Below are positions 24,736-39,249 of a stretch of 64,000 nt of DNA, in pieces. Position numbers and translations under genes: made by a program. The stretch covers positions 94,304,001-94,368,000 of the forward strand of contig NC_058368.1 in the NCBI RefSeq assembly GCF_018350175.1, written 5' to 3'. Position 1 is the first letter of the stretch. Every line of letters starts with the position of its first letter. The DNA is from Felis catus. Lineage: Eukaryota. The notes beneath the pieces are model-generated. The model was not told the DNA's origin and did not search any database. It saw nothing but the letters and a program-made list of their open reading frames with translations.

Positions 24736-27700
24736 CAGAATCCCAAGCAGGCTCTGCACTGTTGTGCAGATTCCGATGCAGGCCTGCATCTCGCAGTTTG
24801 TGAGATCGTGACCTGAGCTGAAATCAAGAGTCAGACGCTTAACCGGACTGAGTCACACAGGCGCTCCCTCCTTTTTAAATTTTTAGAAAGATGCATCAAT
24901 GTTTACCGATACCTTTTCTTAGTGACTCTTAAGACAGTGTGGCAGATGGGATAGTTAAACTTCTTTTTATGATCAAAATATAATTTTCAACGGTTGTAAG
25001 GATTAAGGTGTTAATACATAATAATGTATACCATTGGAGCTCTTTTTGTTCGGAAAAGAATTCCAAATGACTTGATTTCTTTCCATATTAATTGGGATGC
25101 TTTGGCTATATAATTAGGGTTTTATGTAGCCTGACTTAAATTTGCTTGTAAAGAATCATGTTAGGTTACATAATAGGAAGCGCAAAATAGTAGACAGATT
25201 CCAAAGTTATTTGTTTCGGCAAATTGATGACTTCATCGTAGATCCAGTTTCTCTTTGTCTGCCTTGCCTCTTCGCAAAATTGATACCCAAAGGTTGGTTT
25301 CCTCATTGAAATCAGTGGTAATCAGTGTAGTCCACAAGGACAGTGTGATCTATTCCTGCAGTCTTAGAGTATGTCTTCCCCTTCAGTCTGGTTAGTTCCA
25401 CCCAAGATAAATAACAGCTCATACTATCAAGATCCACCCTTGGAGCTGAGGATAAGGGTAGAAACATGAATGAAATGAGTATTCTGTTGGAAACGTGTAA
25501 GAGGAGAGTGGATGTTGGGTAGGCAAACAAGTGTCACTATTCCCACTTGATTAGTGGACGTTATTTCTTTTGAATAAATACTATTATTTCTTTGCCTGTA
25601 ATTTTACATTGCTTCTGAGGTTGTTAATATCAGGAAACACATATTGATAATATGTGATTCTGAACACTGTACCATAAAAGATCTGAGTTCAAGGTATTCC
25701 TTATATCAAAGTATCATTGAAAAATTCAAATTCTAATATCATCGTTTTTGTAGGTAGTATCCTTGAAATCTTCCTTTAAAAAATTAATATTAAATCTGTT
25801 GAAAATTTAGAAGAAGGAAATAAAATGCTCAAAATTACAGTGATTTTTTTCAGGGGAGCCTGGGTGGCTCAGTCAGTTAAGTGTCCGAATTCAGCTCAGG
25901 TCATGATCTCACAGTTCATAGGTTCAAGCCCTATATCGGGCTCTGTGGTGACAGCTCAGAGCCTGGAGCCTGCTTCAAATACTGTGTATCCCTCTCTCTC
26001 TACCCCTCCCCAACTAGTGCTCTGTCTCTGTCTCTCAAAAAATAAAATAAAAACTTTAAAAAAAATTTAAAAAAATACAGTGGTTTTCAGTTTTCATGAG
26101 AAGGTTGTAAACAATATTATAGGGCATTCCTCTGCCTGTCAGAAAAGTGGAACGCTCTGTATAGGGTGGTTGTGTTATGTTTCTTTAGTAAAGTTGTTGA
26201 TTATTAAATTACTTATTTTGATTTTTAAATACATTTCCTTTTTGTGATTCCATGGAAAATATTTAAGTGTTAAGATCACTGAGGTCATCCTTGATTTCAC
26301 CATTCATAGTTAACTGTTAACGTTTATTGTATTTCCTCCCATAACGTAATAGCGAAAAATATGTACCTTTTAGACATTAATAACATAAAATGAATGCATT
26401 GAAGCTATTGGTGGATTTGTCGAATGTTTGTGGCCTTAAGATAACCAAATATATTAATGTCTGGCTATCGTTAAAATGTTTAAAAATAACATTAATGTAA
26501 ATCGCACTTTAATAATTTGCGTGCATTTTTTTCCTCCGTGTATATCTTTTTTCACAAATTGAACTTATCCCTTCCATTTCTTATCCCAAAGGGAAATCTT
26601 TGCTAATTTTTTTGGAAAGTCCAAGAATCCTTTTGTGTCATTAGCACTTGGAATTGTCTTTGTACTTGGGGGTTATGGATTTCTTCACTGCTGCTGCTGA
26701 GCAAGGTGATTCTGAGTTGTCGTCTACCCAGATGAGCCAGTCTTCTTCCAGCCTCTGGTCACATAAAACTCTTACATTGGGATAAATTATACACGTGCTT
26801 TCCTTGCCCATTCTGCCTTATCAGCCTTCCCTTACCACATCCTTTGAACTGAAGTACAGATATGCATGCACATTTTTTCACAGAAAGATCAGGCAAGGTA
26901 GAAGGATATTGCAATGTAGGAGGAATAAAGGCCTGCGTTCTAGCTAATGGGTGTGAAATTCTTAAGACCCTGAGGGGAGGCACTTCGTGACAGTGCTTTG
27001 AGAGGAGGAATGGTCTTTTTGGAGACTACCTGACCTGTCCATTGCACTCTGCTTTCTCTCTTTCCCAGCCTGTGTCCCTTCCACAAATACCTGCTTTTTG
27101 TTTGTATAGCCCTGTCCTAAACAGCAGGTAACGTTGTCATGACTAAGACAGATACCATCCTTGTGCTATGAGTTTTCGTTCTAGTGATAGGGAATAGACA
27201 ATAAACAAATCATGTGGGATTGTGATCAGTCTGTGAAGAAAAATCAAACAATGAAAAGGGAGAAAGAGTGATGGGGGAGAGATTATTAGATAAGATCATC
27301 AAGGAAGGCCTCTTTCAGGACGTGACATTTGAGAAGAGAACCGAATGAGGTAAGGGAGTATATGAGAACAGCTGAGGAAAGACTGTTTCAGGCGGAAAAT
27401 GGTGCAGGATCTCTCACATGGGACCAAAGTTGGTGCTGAGGAATCAATAGCAAGAAGGAGAGCTGAGTGATCCCAGGGAAGAGTGGCAGGAGATGAGGCC
27501 GGAGACAAAGGCAGGGGCAGATCACGCCTGTATACCAAATCCTACAGCCCCTTTCCCCCCAAACTCTTTCAGTCTCATGACGTCACCCCCAGCACGCTGT
27601 CCACAAGAAGAGATATTTCTCCTTGAATCCTACTTGCAGTTTGCACGATTGAGCAGTGCCTCTGGCCTCTACAGGATGGGCAGTGATGCTTTCTTCTGCT

Positions 27701-28389
27701 CAATTATTCTTTTCCCTACCCAGTCTACAATAGGCTCCAGAGAGGTGGGAGTGCCAACCCAATGAGTGCCCCAATTCTGTGCAGCCTCTATACTGCTGAG
27801 ATCTGTGATCAAGCTGGCTCCATTTCCTAAGTCACCTGTGAACTCAAAAAAGCATTTATTTTTCTCAGACATCTCACAACTTTAATTATAGGTGAGCAAA
27901 GTTTAGGTGAAGCCCAGTAGACCACCTCTATTATTGTGCTGAGAAGCATTTACATCTTTCCTGCCTTGTTTGAAGCCTGGTGTAATTCAAGAGTCACTAG
28001 CTGTCAGTCATTGTTGTCTTTGTTACCCAGGCGAAAAGGGCTCTTTTTCAATGTGCCAGACCCATTGAATTGTTTTGATTTCTGTGTGCTAACTAAACGG
28101 GGAAGATTGCCAGTTCGTCCCACCGCAAATATATTCTATTTCCTGTCATTAATATATCTTAGTGTGATGGTTGTAAGTTTTTTAAGATGGAAAAATATAC
28201 GGGGGTGCCTGGATGGCTCAGTTGGTTGAGCACCCGAACTCTTGATTTTGGCTCAGGTCATTATTCCAGGGTCATGGGACTGAGCCCTGTGTTGGGCTCC
28301 ATACTGAGCACGGAGCCTGCTTAAGATTCTCTCTGTCCCTCTGCCCTCTCCTCTGTGTGCCCCCCCCCCAATTAAAAAAAAAAAAGATT

Positions 28390-29560
28390 GAAAAATATAC
28401 ATAAAATTCACCATTTTAAGCATACAGTTTTGTGGCATTATGTCCATTCACATTGTTGTAGAATGGACACCACCATCCATCCCTGGAACTTCTTCATCTT
28501 TAGGAATTGAAACTTTGTACACGTTAAACTCTAACTCCTCACTCTCCTCTTTTCCCAGCCACTGACAACCACCATTCTGTTTTTTGTCTCTGAATTTGAC
28601 TACTCTAAGAACCTCATGAAAGAGGAACCATGTAATATTTGTCCTTTTGGACTGGCTTATTTCACTAGTATAATGTCTTCAAGGTTCACCTGTGTTGTAT
28701 AGCCTGTGCCAAATTTCCTTATTTTTTAAAACTAGATAATCCATTATACTTCTTTTACTTATTTTTCTACCCAGTGGAATCATGTGACTGGATCATGTGA
28801 CAATTCTGTGTTTCATGTTTTTGAAGATTTGCTGTACCATTTTCCACGGTAGCTGTACCATTTTCCATTCCCATCAGCAGTGCACAAGAGTTCTAATTTG
28901 TCTACATCCTTGCTGATGCTTGTTGTTTTCTGTTTTTTCATTACATTTATCCATACAGCTATGAAGTGGTATCTCCTTGTGGTTTTGTTTTACATTTGTG
29001 TAATGACAGTGATGTTAAGCATCTTTATCATGTGCTCACTGACTATTTATATATCTTTGGAGAAATGTATATCAAGTCCTTTTCCCATTTTTTAACCTGG
29101 TTGGTTGTTTTCTTGTTGTTGAGTTTGAGGAGTTCTTTATGTATTCCGGATATCAGTCCCTTATCAGATACATAATTTGCACATATTATCTCCCAATCCA
29201 TGCACAGCCTTTTCAACGTTTATTTATTTTTGGGACAGAGAGAGACAGAGCATGAATGGGGGAGGGGCAGAGAGAGAGGGAGACAAAGAATCGGAAACAG
29301 GCTCCAGGCTCTGAGCCATCAGCCCAGAGCCTGACGCGGGGCTCGAACTCACAGACCGCGAGATCGTGACCTGGCTGAAGTCGGACGCTTAACCGACTGC
29401 GCCACCCCGGTGCCCCCATGCACAGCCTTTTCACCCAAACTGCAGTATCTTTTTTCAAAGGGATAATGTCCTTTGATGCACAAACGCTATTAATTTGGTA
29501 AGGTCCAACTTATCTTTTATTTGGTCTCCTGTGCTTTTAGTGTCATATCCAGAAAATGAT
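28390..29560 (-). mobile_element. Old L1 (L1MA/MB-type) 3' fragment interrupted by a SINE
   Basis: Antisense L1 3' UTR and ORF2-end motifs (gtccttttggactggcttatttcact, gtggtatctccttgtggttttg, ccttatcagatacata). Confidence 0.8.
29216..29415 (-). mobile_element. Young felid SINE lacking a poly(A) tail
   Basis: Flanked by the direct repeat CCATGCACAGCCTTTTCA at 29198 and 29416. Confidence 0.92.
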
Positions 29561-30059
29561 TTGTAATGACTTCATAATAGTTCATTGTATAATGTATCAT
29601 AATTTATCTACCACAGCCTACTACTGTGGACTTTTGTTTTGAATAAGGTTTTATTTTATTTTATTTTTTTTAAGATTAAATAAGGAAATACTGTACTTAT
29701 AAAGGCTGACACATAATACAGATAAGTAATAAATAACAACAAAGTTAGTACTAACAATTATTTTTATTATTACTAGTACTTGCTACTTCCTACCATTGGT
29801 TGGAAGATTATATAGCCAAAGAACTGTAGAATATTCCAGAGATTGTTCTGAGATATTTTTTTGCATTTCCGCAGAATGAATTGTCTTTTTGTAGGCTTTG
29901 TTTTAGAATGAACTTCTTTCTTATGACAGAATACAGAGTCCTCCAAAATTATTCCAGAGAGCAGTTTTGTAAGAAGACGTTTTAGGAGAAAGTTAGTTAT
30001 AAAACTTGCCCCAGCTTTTAATTTTTTTGTTTTTTTTTTATTTTTTATTTTTTTAAAGA

Positions 30060-31340
30060 ATGTCCTAATCTTTAAAATATAAAATTCACATGCTATAAAA
30101 CTCACCCATTGAAAGTGTACAGTTCAACACAATGTATAGTATTCACAGTTGTGTGTATGACTGGCACCATAATCTAAATTTGGAACTTTTCCATCAAACC
30201 AGATGAAACCTAGTACCCGTTGACAGTTCCTTCCCACTCCCTTCTACCCCCCAGTCCCTGGCAACCACTTATCCATTTTCTGTGTCTACAAGTTTGTCAT
30301 TTCTAGATTTCTCATTTAATGAAATCATGAAATATGTAGTCTTTTGTGACTGGCTTTTTTCACTTACCATGATGCTTTTAAGATTCACTGTTATAGCATG
30401 TGTTAGTACTGCATTCCTTTTAATGGCCAAATAATGCCCCATTGTATTGCCATACCACCTTTGTTTATCTCTTTATCAGGTGATGGGTGTCTGGGTTGTT
30501 TCCACTTTGACTACTATGAATAATGCTATGAACATGCATGTACAAATTTTTGCATGGCCGTTTGTTTTCATTTCTCTTGGCATATATCTAGATGTGGAAT
30601 TGCTAGGTCATATGATAACTCTATTTTTAATTGTTTGGAGAACTGCCAGAGTGTTTTCCAAATTTTCTGTTCCATTTTACATTCTCATCAGAAGTGTACG
30701 AATGGTTCCAATTTTTCCATATCCTCATTAACTAATTCTTGTTATTGTCCCTTTTTGATTGTGGCCATCCTGGTGGATGTCCAGTGCATCTATTGTGATT
30801 TTGATTTGTATTTTCCTAATGACAAATGATGTTGAGCATCTTTTCATGTGATTACTATTTGCATATCTTCTTTGAAAAAAAGTCTTTTAAAATTGTTTGC
30901 CCATTTGTAAGTTGGGTTGTGTTTTTATCACTGAGTTGTAAGAGTCCTTTATATATTCTGAATGCAAGTGCCATATCAGATACATGATTTGCAGATAATT
31001 GCTTCTCTTCTGGTTGTTGTCATTTTCCTGCTGATACCGTTTGTAGCTCAAAGATTTTTAATTTCGATGTCCAGTTTACCTATTTTCTTTGCTTGTGCTT
31101 TTGGTGTTACATTTAAGAAAGATTTGTCTAATCCAAGATCATGAAGATTAATACCTGGGTTTTCTTCCAAGAGTTCTGTAGTTTTAGTTTTTACATTTAG
31201 GTCTCTGATCCATTTTGAGTTAGTTTTATATATGACATGAGGTAGGGATCTAACTTCATTCTTTTTGCACGTGGCTATCTAGTTTTCTCAGTATCATTTG
31301 TTGAAAAGACTGTTCTTTACTCATTGAATTGTCTTGGTCT
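30060..31340 (-). mobile_element. L1MB-type LINE 3' portion
   Basis: Antisense L1 3' UTR and ORF2 C-terminal remnants (gatgttgagcatcttttcatgtg, tttacatttaggtctctgatccattttgag). Confidence 0.85.
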
Positions 31341-32016
31341 CTTACTTCAACTCCCCCTGCCCCCCACCCTGGCCAATTTTGCCTTGTTCTTGAGTTCTCA
31401 GACCTTTTAGCAGCCACCAAGATTCAGACTCTCTCTTTAAATATTTTAAACTCAGTCTGTCACCTTCTCAGCTATATGTTATTTAAATTAAAAACAAAAC
31501 AAAACAAAAAAAAAAAAACAAAGAACTAGGATCTCTGCCACCAAAACTGGGTAATGTCTTACTATAGTGGAAGGGAAGTTTCAGAGTGTCAATTAACAGC
31601 TGCCATTTATTGAGCACTTTCCTTGTTGTGCTAAGTGGTTTTCATACATTTTTATACGTTGTGAGGGAAGATGCCAGAGGGTTTTGGGGCAAGAACTAAT
31701 ACTCCTCCCTCCTTGTTTGGGATTTAAGTGTTGCACCATCCCAATGGCTCATTCTTTATGCACTCAGGCTAAAGTAAGGCCTGCTCACATACACCAAGTC
31801 TCCAGCCAGACTTCCTACTTGGGAGAGGCCTGGCAGAAAAACCACACTCCCTGAATTTTCTTTGCTGGGATCTTTTCTTTTTCATGGTTTCTAAATGTTG
31901 GGCTGCTCTGAGTCTTAGTCTTCTCACCTCCCTTACTTTTAAAATTATTTCTTTATTATTTTTTTATTTTTGAGAGAGAGAGAGCGCAAGTTGGGAAGGG
32001 GGAGAGAGAGAGAGAC

Positions 32017-32047
<31 letters not shown>

Positions 32048-35000
32048 CACATAGAATCTGAAGCAGGCTCCAGGCTCTAAGCTGTCAGCCCAGAGCCCTA
32101 TGCGGGGTTCAAACCCACAAACTGTGATGTCATGACCTGAGCCGAAGCTTAACCCACTGAGCCACCCAGGTGCCCCGATACCTCTCTTGCCTTTAATGAA
32201 CGGTGAACTAATTATGATTCCTTATTTATGCTCCTTGTTTTCCTGATCCCCAGTGTTTGTCCATTTTTTTTTTCTGCTTTGAATGTCTTGCAACTTCACA
32301 TTCTCTATTCTCTGAATTTCTGAATTTTACTTACTAAGTTTTTTTGTAGATACCTGTCTCTTTTTTTTTTGAAGATGATGATCTTGCTACTGAAAATCAT
32401 TGTTCCCCTTCACCTCTTGTAGCTTGTTGTGTGTACTGTTCTTATGTCAGGAAATGATCTCTAACTTTTATTATAAAGACGTCTATTTCTTTTGGGGAAT
32501 GTTAAAAAAAAATAAGATACAGAACACTAAATAAAAATTTTACCTGGTTATACTCATTTTATTTCTTGTTTTAAGCTCTCTGAGAAAAAGATCTGTTTCT
32601 TGGTAATCTTTGATATTCTAGCATCTAGCAGAGTGAGTGAATGCGTTTTAAGAAAAAATTCTCTGAGTGTGTGTAGGAGGGAGGGATGAGGATTATGACA
32701 TATTTACTGTTTGATTAGAGGCATGTTTTGGTTTTAAAATTGCCATTATGACAAAAGCACAGGAACAGGAAAGGAGCATTGAGAAAGAGAATGTTTTATT
32801 AGTAGGTTACTGAATCTTTAAAATTTAGTTTTGATTAATTCATTAAGAAGTATTTAATAAAAGTTGTTGCCTTTATGCAACTCTAAGTATCTTTAGACTG
32901 ATGTAATCTGGGCGTTGTGACCAACTAAAATGTATCTGTTGACTTCTGTGATGGAGCTACAGTGTTAGGAAATCTGATCAGCCTGAAGCAAGCTCCAGGC
33001 TTCTTTATGAAAGCCATTAAATTAAATTGATTATTAAAGAAAGGGAAATTATCTTATGTCAGCAGAGACTTGATTTGTTTAATCTTAGACTTTGGATGTT
33101 TGATTAAAATTTTAAGGCATTCTTTCCAGTATTGATTTTCTCAGATGAGTATTGCTGGCATTTTAAGAAAGGTAATTATGAGTGGCATTCTTAAAGTTTA
33201 TATGAGGAATTTTTTTCACTGATAAAATAATAAAACATCCTTAAGGTTTAGTTTATGTAATCTGTAATTTGTTTATAAACAAAACATAATGCAAAAAGAT
33301 AATTTTCCTTTTCTTTTCAAAAAGTAAACTCCTATAAGGTCTTTACACCCATCATTAGAATTCAAGAGCTTATTTCACAGACAATCCCAGGCACAGATAT
33401 TTTAAAATAAGTCATTGTTAATCAATACTTATTATGTGTCAGGCATTGTTTTTAAGAGCTTTATGTGTATTAACTCAATCCTCCCAACAACTCTATGAGG
33501 TAGATATTGTTTGTTATTCATGCTACAAATGTTGCCTTATTCAGGCTCAGAGAGGTTAAGTAACTTGTTCAAAGTCACACAGTTAATAAAGAGCGTGTCC
33601 AGGAATAAACCCATGTAGTCTGCCTGCAGACTTCATACTCTCTTTCCTTCCTTTTTTATTTTTACTTTGTTTAACAAAGTTATGCATACACATGGGTTAA
33701 AGAATCTAATGGTTCTTCTATAAGGTTTATTGTAAAAAGTAATATTCTTTGATTTCCACCTTCCTACAGGTAAGTACTTTGAGCTGCTTACTCAGTATTT
33801 ATGTGCATGTCTCTAAATAACACGCTTGTTTTCCTGCCTGATTTTTCAGTTGTCGGCATAATCTATTGACTTCTGCTATTGAAAATGCTTATTTAGCTCG
33901 CCACCCGTCCTGCCCAATGTCTGTATCCTTGCCAGTCTTCTTAGTGTTACTTCATAATATTGCTTAGAGCAGTATTCAGTGTTTTCTTTAATTTACTGTG
34001 TAAAATGCTTTTCTCACTTGAACCGTGTGGTAAATTGTGCTTGTTTTTTTCTCTCCTGACAGTTCATTTTCCTTGTAAATAAACAATTCCCTTTTCCTTT
34101 GATGGTTTTTTTTTACTTACCACTAATTCATGTCTTTGTCAGTTGTGTCAGTCATATGCTTCTATTGGTTTCACGTTCCTGGAGAAATAGCTTCTGGAGC
34201 CTTTTGCAAACTAGACCCAGTTTAGACCTGTTGGATGGCAGATGTGTCTGTTATCTTTTGCCTGTTTTTACATTGGACCTCCTGTTGCTTGATGGCATGG
34301 TTTAGTACCTTACCACAGTGACACATGTCTTCCAGCAGCTTGTTGAGAAAGGCCATACGGAGATTTTTTGAGACCTTGCTTGTCTGCAAAGAGTCTTACT
34401 CCTAACTTCACATTGTCTGCCTATAGAATTCTAGGTTGGAAATAACTTTTCCCCGGTATTTTGATGGCATCACTCCGTTACCTTTTAGTTTCCAGTATTG
34501 CTATCAAAAAGCTTAAAGCAATTTTGATTACTTTTTCTTTGTGTATGGTCGATTTTTACTGTCCAGAAAGTATGTACAGTCTCGTTTTTCTGCATTTTCT
34601 AAAGTGTCACAGACCCTTCGTCTGAGGCTGTTTTTACCAGCTGTGCTGAGTACTTGATGAGCCTTTTACTTTGGAAATTCTTTTTCTCTCTGCTTGAAAA
34701 ATTTCTCTGTTTTCTCTGTTCTCTTTTTGAATCTGCTTTTATTCAGCATCCTTCTGGACTGTTCTGTTTTTCTTATTCTTTCTCTTCTGTTTTCTATCAT
34801 TTTGTCCTTTGGCTCTATTTTCTGGTTGATTCTTTTTTTTCTCAGCTTTATTTTCCAGTCTTTCCCCTGAATTAAAAGATTTATCCTTATATTTTTAATT
34901 TCCATGAGCTTCTTCTAAAATTTCTGAATGTTGGCATCTTATAGTATGCTTGTTCTTGTTTCACAGGTGCATTTTTTTTATTACTTCTCTGATATTAATT

Positions 35001-35958
35001 ATAAGTATTTTACAATTTTCTTTGCCCTATGTGGTGTGTTTTCTCTGAGTTGCTTCTACTCACTATTTTGTCCTTAGTTTTTATGTTAGAACTGTCTTCC
35101 GATGTCCAGTAATGCTTGGTAGACTGATCCTGTCTAAGGGTGGCATACTGAAAGCTATAATTTAGAAGCTCTGAATTCATGATCAGAGGTTGCCCATATG
35201 AGCTGTTCTTGAGTTGATCTGAGTTGGCAGTTTAGTTGGTTTAAAAATGACAGTTGCTGTAACAATTCCCCAAATCTTAGTGGCTTTAACACAATAAAAG
35301 TGCATTTTTCACATAAAGTCCAGTATTGGTGAACCTGATCAGCTAGAAACTTCTGTGTTTGTTCTTTGTTTTTGAGGAAGGGCTTATCAAAGGAAACTCT
35401 GCTTCTAGTTAACATGGGAGATTGTGCAGGAATTTTATGGGTGAATTTTATGGGTGAAACTTGGACGGCATGTTGTTAACAACCAGCTCACCTGGGAGGA
35501 AAAAGTGGTAGCATTTGCTGCGTGGGGTCAGTACTCCCATAAGGGCCAGGTTTCAGGCTGTCAACGTGGTGTCACATAATGCAGAGTTGGGAAGAGACGG
35601 GACAGTTGTGTTTCACTTGTGGCAGCTCTGGCAACCCACTGGCAGCCACATTTCACTGGCCAGAACCAGTTTGTGTGGGTCAACCTTAATTCAAGAGAGC
35701 ATGAAAATCATTGTTGACTTGTGTGTCTGGGAAGTAAAGGAGCTATATTTTGGTGCACAGGTAACTGTTTCCGCCATTGTTAGAGCTTCCAGTGTCATTC
35801 TCTTTAGATTTAGGTAGAGTTTCTGGAGCAGTTTGGGCCAGGCTCCTGCCTGCAGGGCGAAGAAGGCCTGGCCCAGGTATTCTGGGACCTGATTGAAAAA
35901 AGGGCTAGCATCAGGTATGTGTACATTTTCCTCAACTCCCTGTTTTCAGTATGATGCC

Positions 35959-36465
35959 TGTATTTGCTTTTTACTGCTGCTCTAACAAATGACCACAAAC
36001 TTAGTGGCTTAAAACAATACAAACTTCTTACCACGCAGTTCGGTGAGCTGTAAGTCTGACGTGGGATTTACTGGGCGAAAATCAGGGTATCGTCAGAACT
36101 GCATCCCCTTCTGAAGACTAGAGGAGAATCCATTTCTTTGCCTTTCCCAGCCCCCAGAGGCTGCCTCTATTCCTCAGCTCATGACCCTCTTCCTCCATCA
36201 TCATAGCCAACTGAATAGCATCTCTTTGACTACTCTCTAGTCACATCTCCCTCTGACCACAGCCCAGGAAAACGGTTCTCTGATTTTAAGGAGCCATGTG
36301 ATTAGATTAGGTAATGAGATAATCTGGATATTCTCCCCAACTCAAGGTCTGTACTTGAATCAAACCTGTAAAGTCCTCTTTGTCATGTAAGGGGATATAT
36401 TCATAGTTTCCAGGGATTAGGAAGTTGTCATCTTTGGTGAGCAATGCATTATTCTGCCTACCATA
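35959..36465 (-). mobile_element. MaLR solo LTR (MLT1C/D-like)
   Basis: tgctgctctaacaaatgaccacaaacttagtggcttaaaacaa start and attctgcctacca end are characteristic; about 505 bp. Confidence 0.85.
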
Positions 36466-37113
36466 GTACCACTTGCTCTCCAAAGACCCTTTGCTTTATC
36501 TGCTCCTTGAAATAAGTTTACAGACTTTTCTTCAGGATGAAAAAGGGAATTTAGGGTCCTTCTACTTCTTAAGCTCATTATTTTACACTCCTTTTTTCAT
36601 CTTCCCTTTCAGAAGTACCTAAAAGCACCAATTCTTGAGGCTTTGGCTAATTTTGTGATACATATTGGGTTAGCTCTTGGGTTTCTCTGTAACCAATTTG
36701 GGATTAAGTTTTCTGAGGTTTACTTAATGCTTGACCACTCATTTAGCCCCTTGCTAAATTTTGTTGCCCTTGCCTTCCTTTCCTATTTTCCTCATCCTTG
36801 TGATTTATGCCTTTAAAAAAAAGGTGTGTGTGGGGGGGAAGATTTTGATATTGTTTGAGCTGAGATTTGGCAAGGCAACAAAATAGATGTTTTTGTGCAT
36901 TTAGTCTCTTAATTAGAACAGAGCTCATACCTTTAACTACTATACCATCCTGCATTTACTTTATTCCCCCCACCTTTTTTTGAGTATGTAACGTAACCCA
37001 TGTATCTGATAATATAAATGGATGTGGATCCCATCTTCTACATTAGATATTCATTTATTCAGTGTACTCTTCCTGGTGACTCTGTGCCAGCCACTCTTAA
37101 GCATTTCAGATTT

Positions 37114-37335
37114 TTTTTTTTTAATTTTTTTTTTCAACGTTTATTTATTTTTGGGACAGAGAGAGACAGAGCATGAACGGGGGAGGGGCAGAGAGAGGGA
37201 GACACAGAATCAGAAACAGGCTCCAGGCTCTGAGCCATCAGCCCAGAGCCTGACGCGGGGCTCGAACTCACGGACTGCGAGATCGTGACCTGGCTGAAGT
37301 CGGATGCTTAACCGACTGCGCCACCCAGGCGCCCC
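37114..37335 (-). mobile_element. Young felid SINE
   Basis: Perfect TSD AAGCATTTCAGATTT at 37099 and 37336, followed by AAA (L1 endonuclease site). Confidence 0.95.
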
Positions 37336-39249
37336 AAGCATTTCAGATTTAAAGAGATTTGTAGGGGTCAGAGTCTAATAGAACTCAGCTGCAAAGGAAA
37401 TTTGAGCACACCATTAAAAGTATGCTGTAGGGGTCATCTGGGTGGCTCAGTCAGTTAAGCGTCGGACTCTGATTTTGGCTCAGGTCATTTTGGCTCAGGT
37501 CATGTTCTCATGGTTTGAGAGATCAAGCTCAGTGTTGGGCTCTGCACTGACAGAGTGGAACCTGCTTGGGATTCTCATTCCCATTCTCTCTCTCTCTCAA
37601 AATAAATAGGTAAACTTATTAAAAAGTATATCATAGGAATAGAAACAGTACAAAGGAAGCACTGGGGAATAAGGAACTAATTTTTCTTGGGAAAGTAAGA
37701 AAAGACTTCACAGAAGTTATCACATTTGATCTGAGTCTTCAAACGGTGTTGTTAGAGAATGGGAGAGAGTAGGAAAATGGAAGGGAGTGAATGGTGAGAA
37801 GTTCATTGTGGTTGAAGGTGGGTTGTGTAGGGAGGAGAAATAGATGAAAGCTCAGAGTAGATCTGGATTCGATTTTGGAAGGCTTTGTGTATGGCGTGGT
37901 AGGGAGTTTGGATGTTAGGTCAGATGGAAACTGGACAACTTTAAGAAAGGGATGGAACAAATACTGTTTATTAGGAAGCAATTCTAGTGGCATATGTGGG
38001 GTGGTTTGGAGTGGAGAGACAGGTGGCAGAGCGAATGTTTAAGGTTTTTTTTTGTTTTTGTTTTTTAATTTTATTTTGAGAGAGAGGGAGAGAGAGAATC
38101 CCAAACAGGCTCCACATCATCAGCGCAGAGCCCGACATGGGGCTGGATCTCAGGAAGTGTAAAATCATGATGTGAGCCAAAACCAAGAGTAGGACCCTTG
38201 ACCAACTGAGCCACCCAGGTGCCCCTAGGTGGTTCTTAGAGTATCCTGGGTAAGAAGAATGTGAGTTGAGACAGTATCTTCGAATCCAGGTTTACTGTTG
38301 TTTCTGTGGTTGAATTAACAGGATTTGGTGACTGAAAGACTTGGGAGGTGAAAGAAAAAGAATCATCAAGATTTTTGACTTAAGAGACTAAATGAATGGT
38401 AATGCTATTAACTGAAATTAGAAATATAGGAGGGGCGCCTGGGTGGCTCAGTTAGGTTAAGCCTGCGACTTCGGCTCAGGTCATGATCTTGTGGTTCATG
38501 AGTTCAAGCCCCATGTCGGGCTCTGTGCTGATAGCTCAGAGCCTGGAGCCTGCTTTGGATTTTGTGTCTCCCTCTGTCTCTGCCTCACACTCTGTCTGTC
38601 TCTCTCTCTCTCCAAAATAAATAAACATTAAAAAAATTTTAAGTAAGTTAATTAAAAAAAGAAATATAGGAATAAAAATGGGTTTTGTTAAGAGGTACAG
38701 ACTTCTAGGTAAAATAAATGTATTGTGAAAAATGATGAGAAAAATGAGATGAAAAATACAGCTGAGGGAATATAGGCAATAACATCGTAAGGATGTTGAA
38801 TGGTGACAGATGGCGATTGCACTTAAGTGTGCTGAACATTAAGCAGTGCATAGACCTGTTGAATCACTATGTCCTCTGTCTGAAACTAATATAACAATGT
38901 ATGTTAGTTATAAAAGTCTTTCACAAGTTTTAATATCACTTTATGGAATATAAATGGAGATGTCTGTTTGCAAGCTGGAAACATCTGTCTGTCACCAACT
39001 CAGAAAAGAAGATAGGCTTCTTTTAAGCACTGGGGATGTAGGAGAATTAAAGATTAGGGAGATCTCTAAAAAAAAAAAAATTAAAAAAAGACGTTTGTCA
39101 AGCAAAAAAAGATAGGGGAGATTAACAAGGTTGAAGCTACATGAATAAGTCAGGTCATTCAAGGGACACCGTTTAGCTCTAGATGAAGAGTAGGAGGAGG
39201 TGATGGAGATGATAAAGGAAGAGGGTAGCGGTCTTCTACAGTGGTTTTT

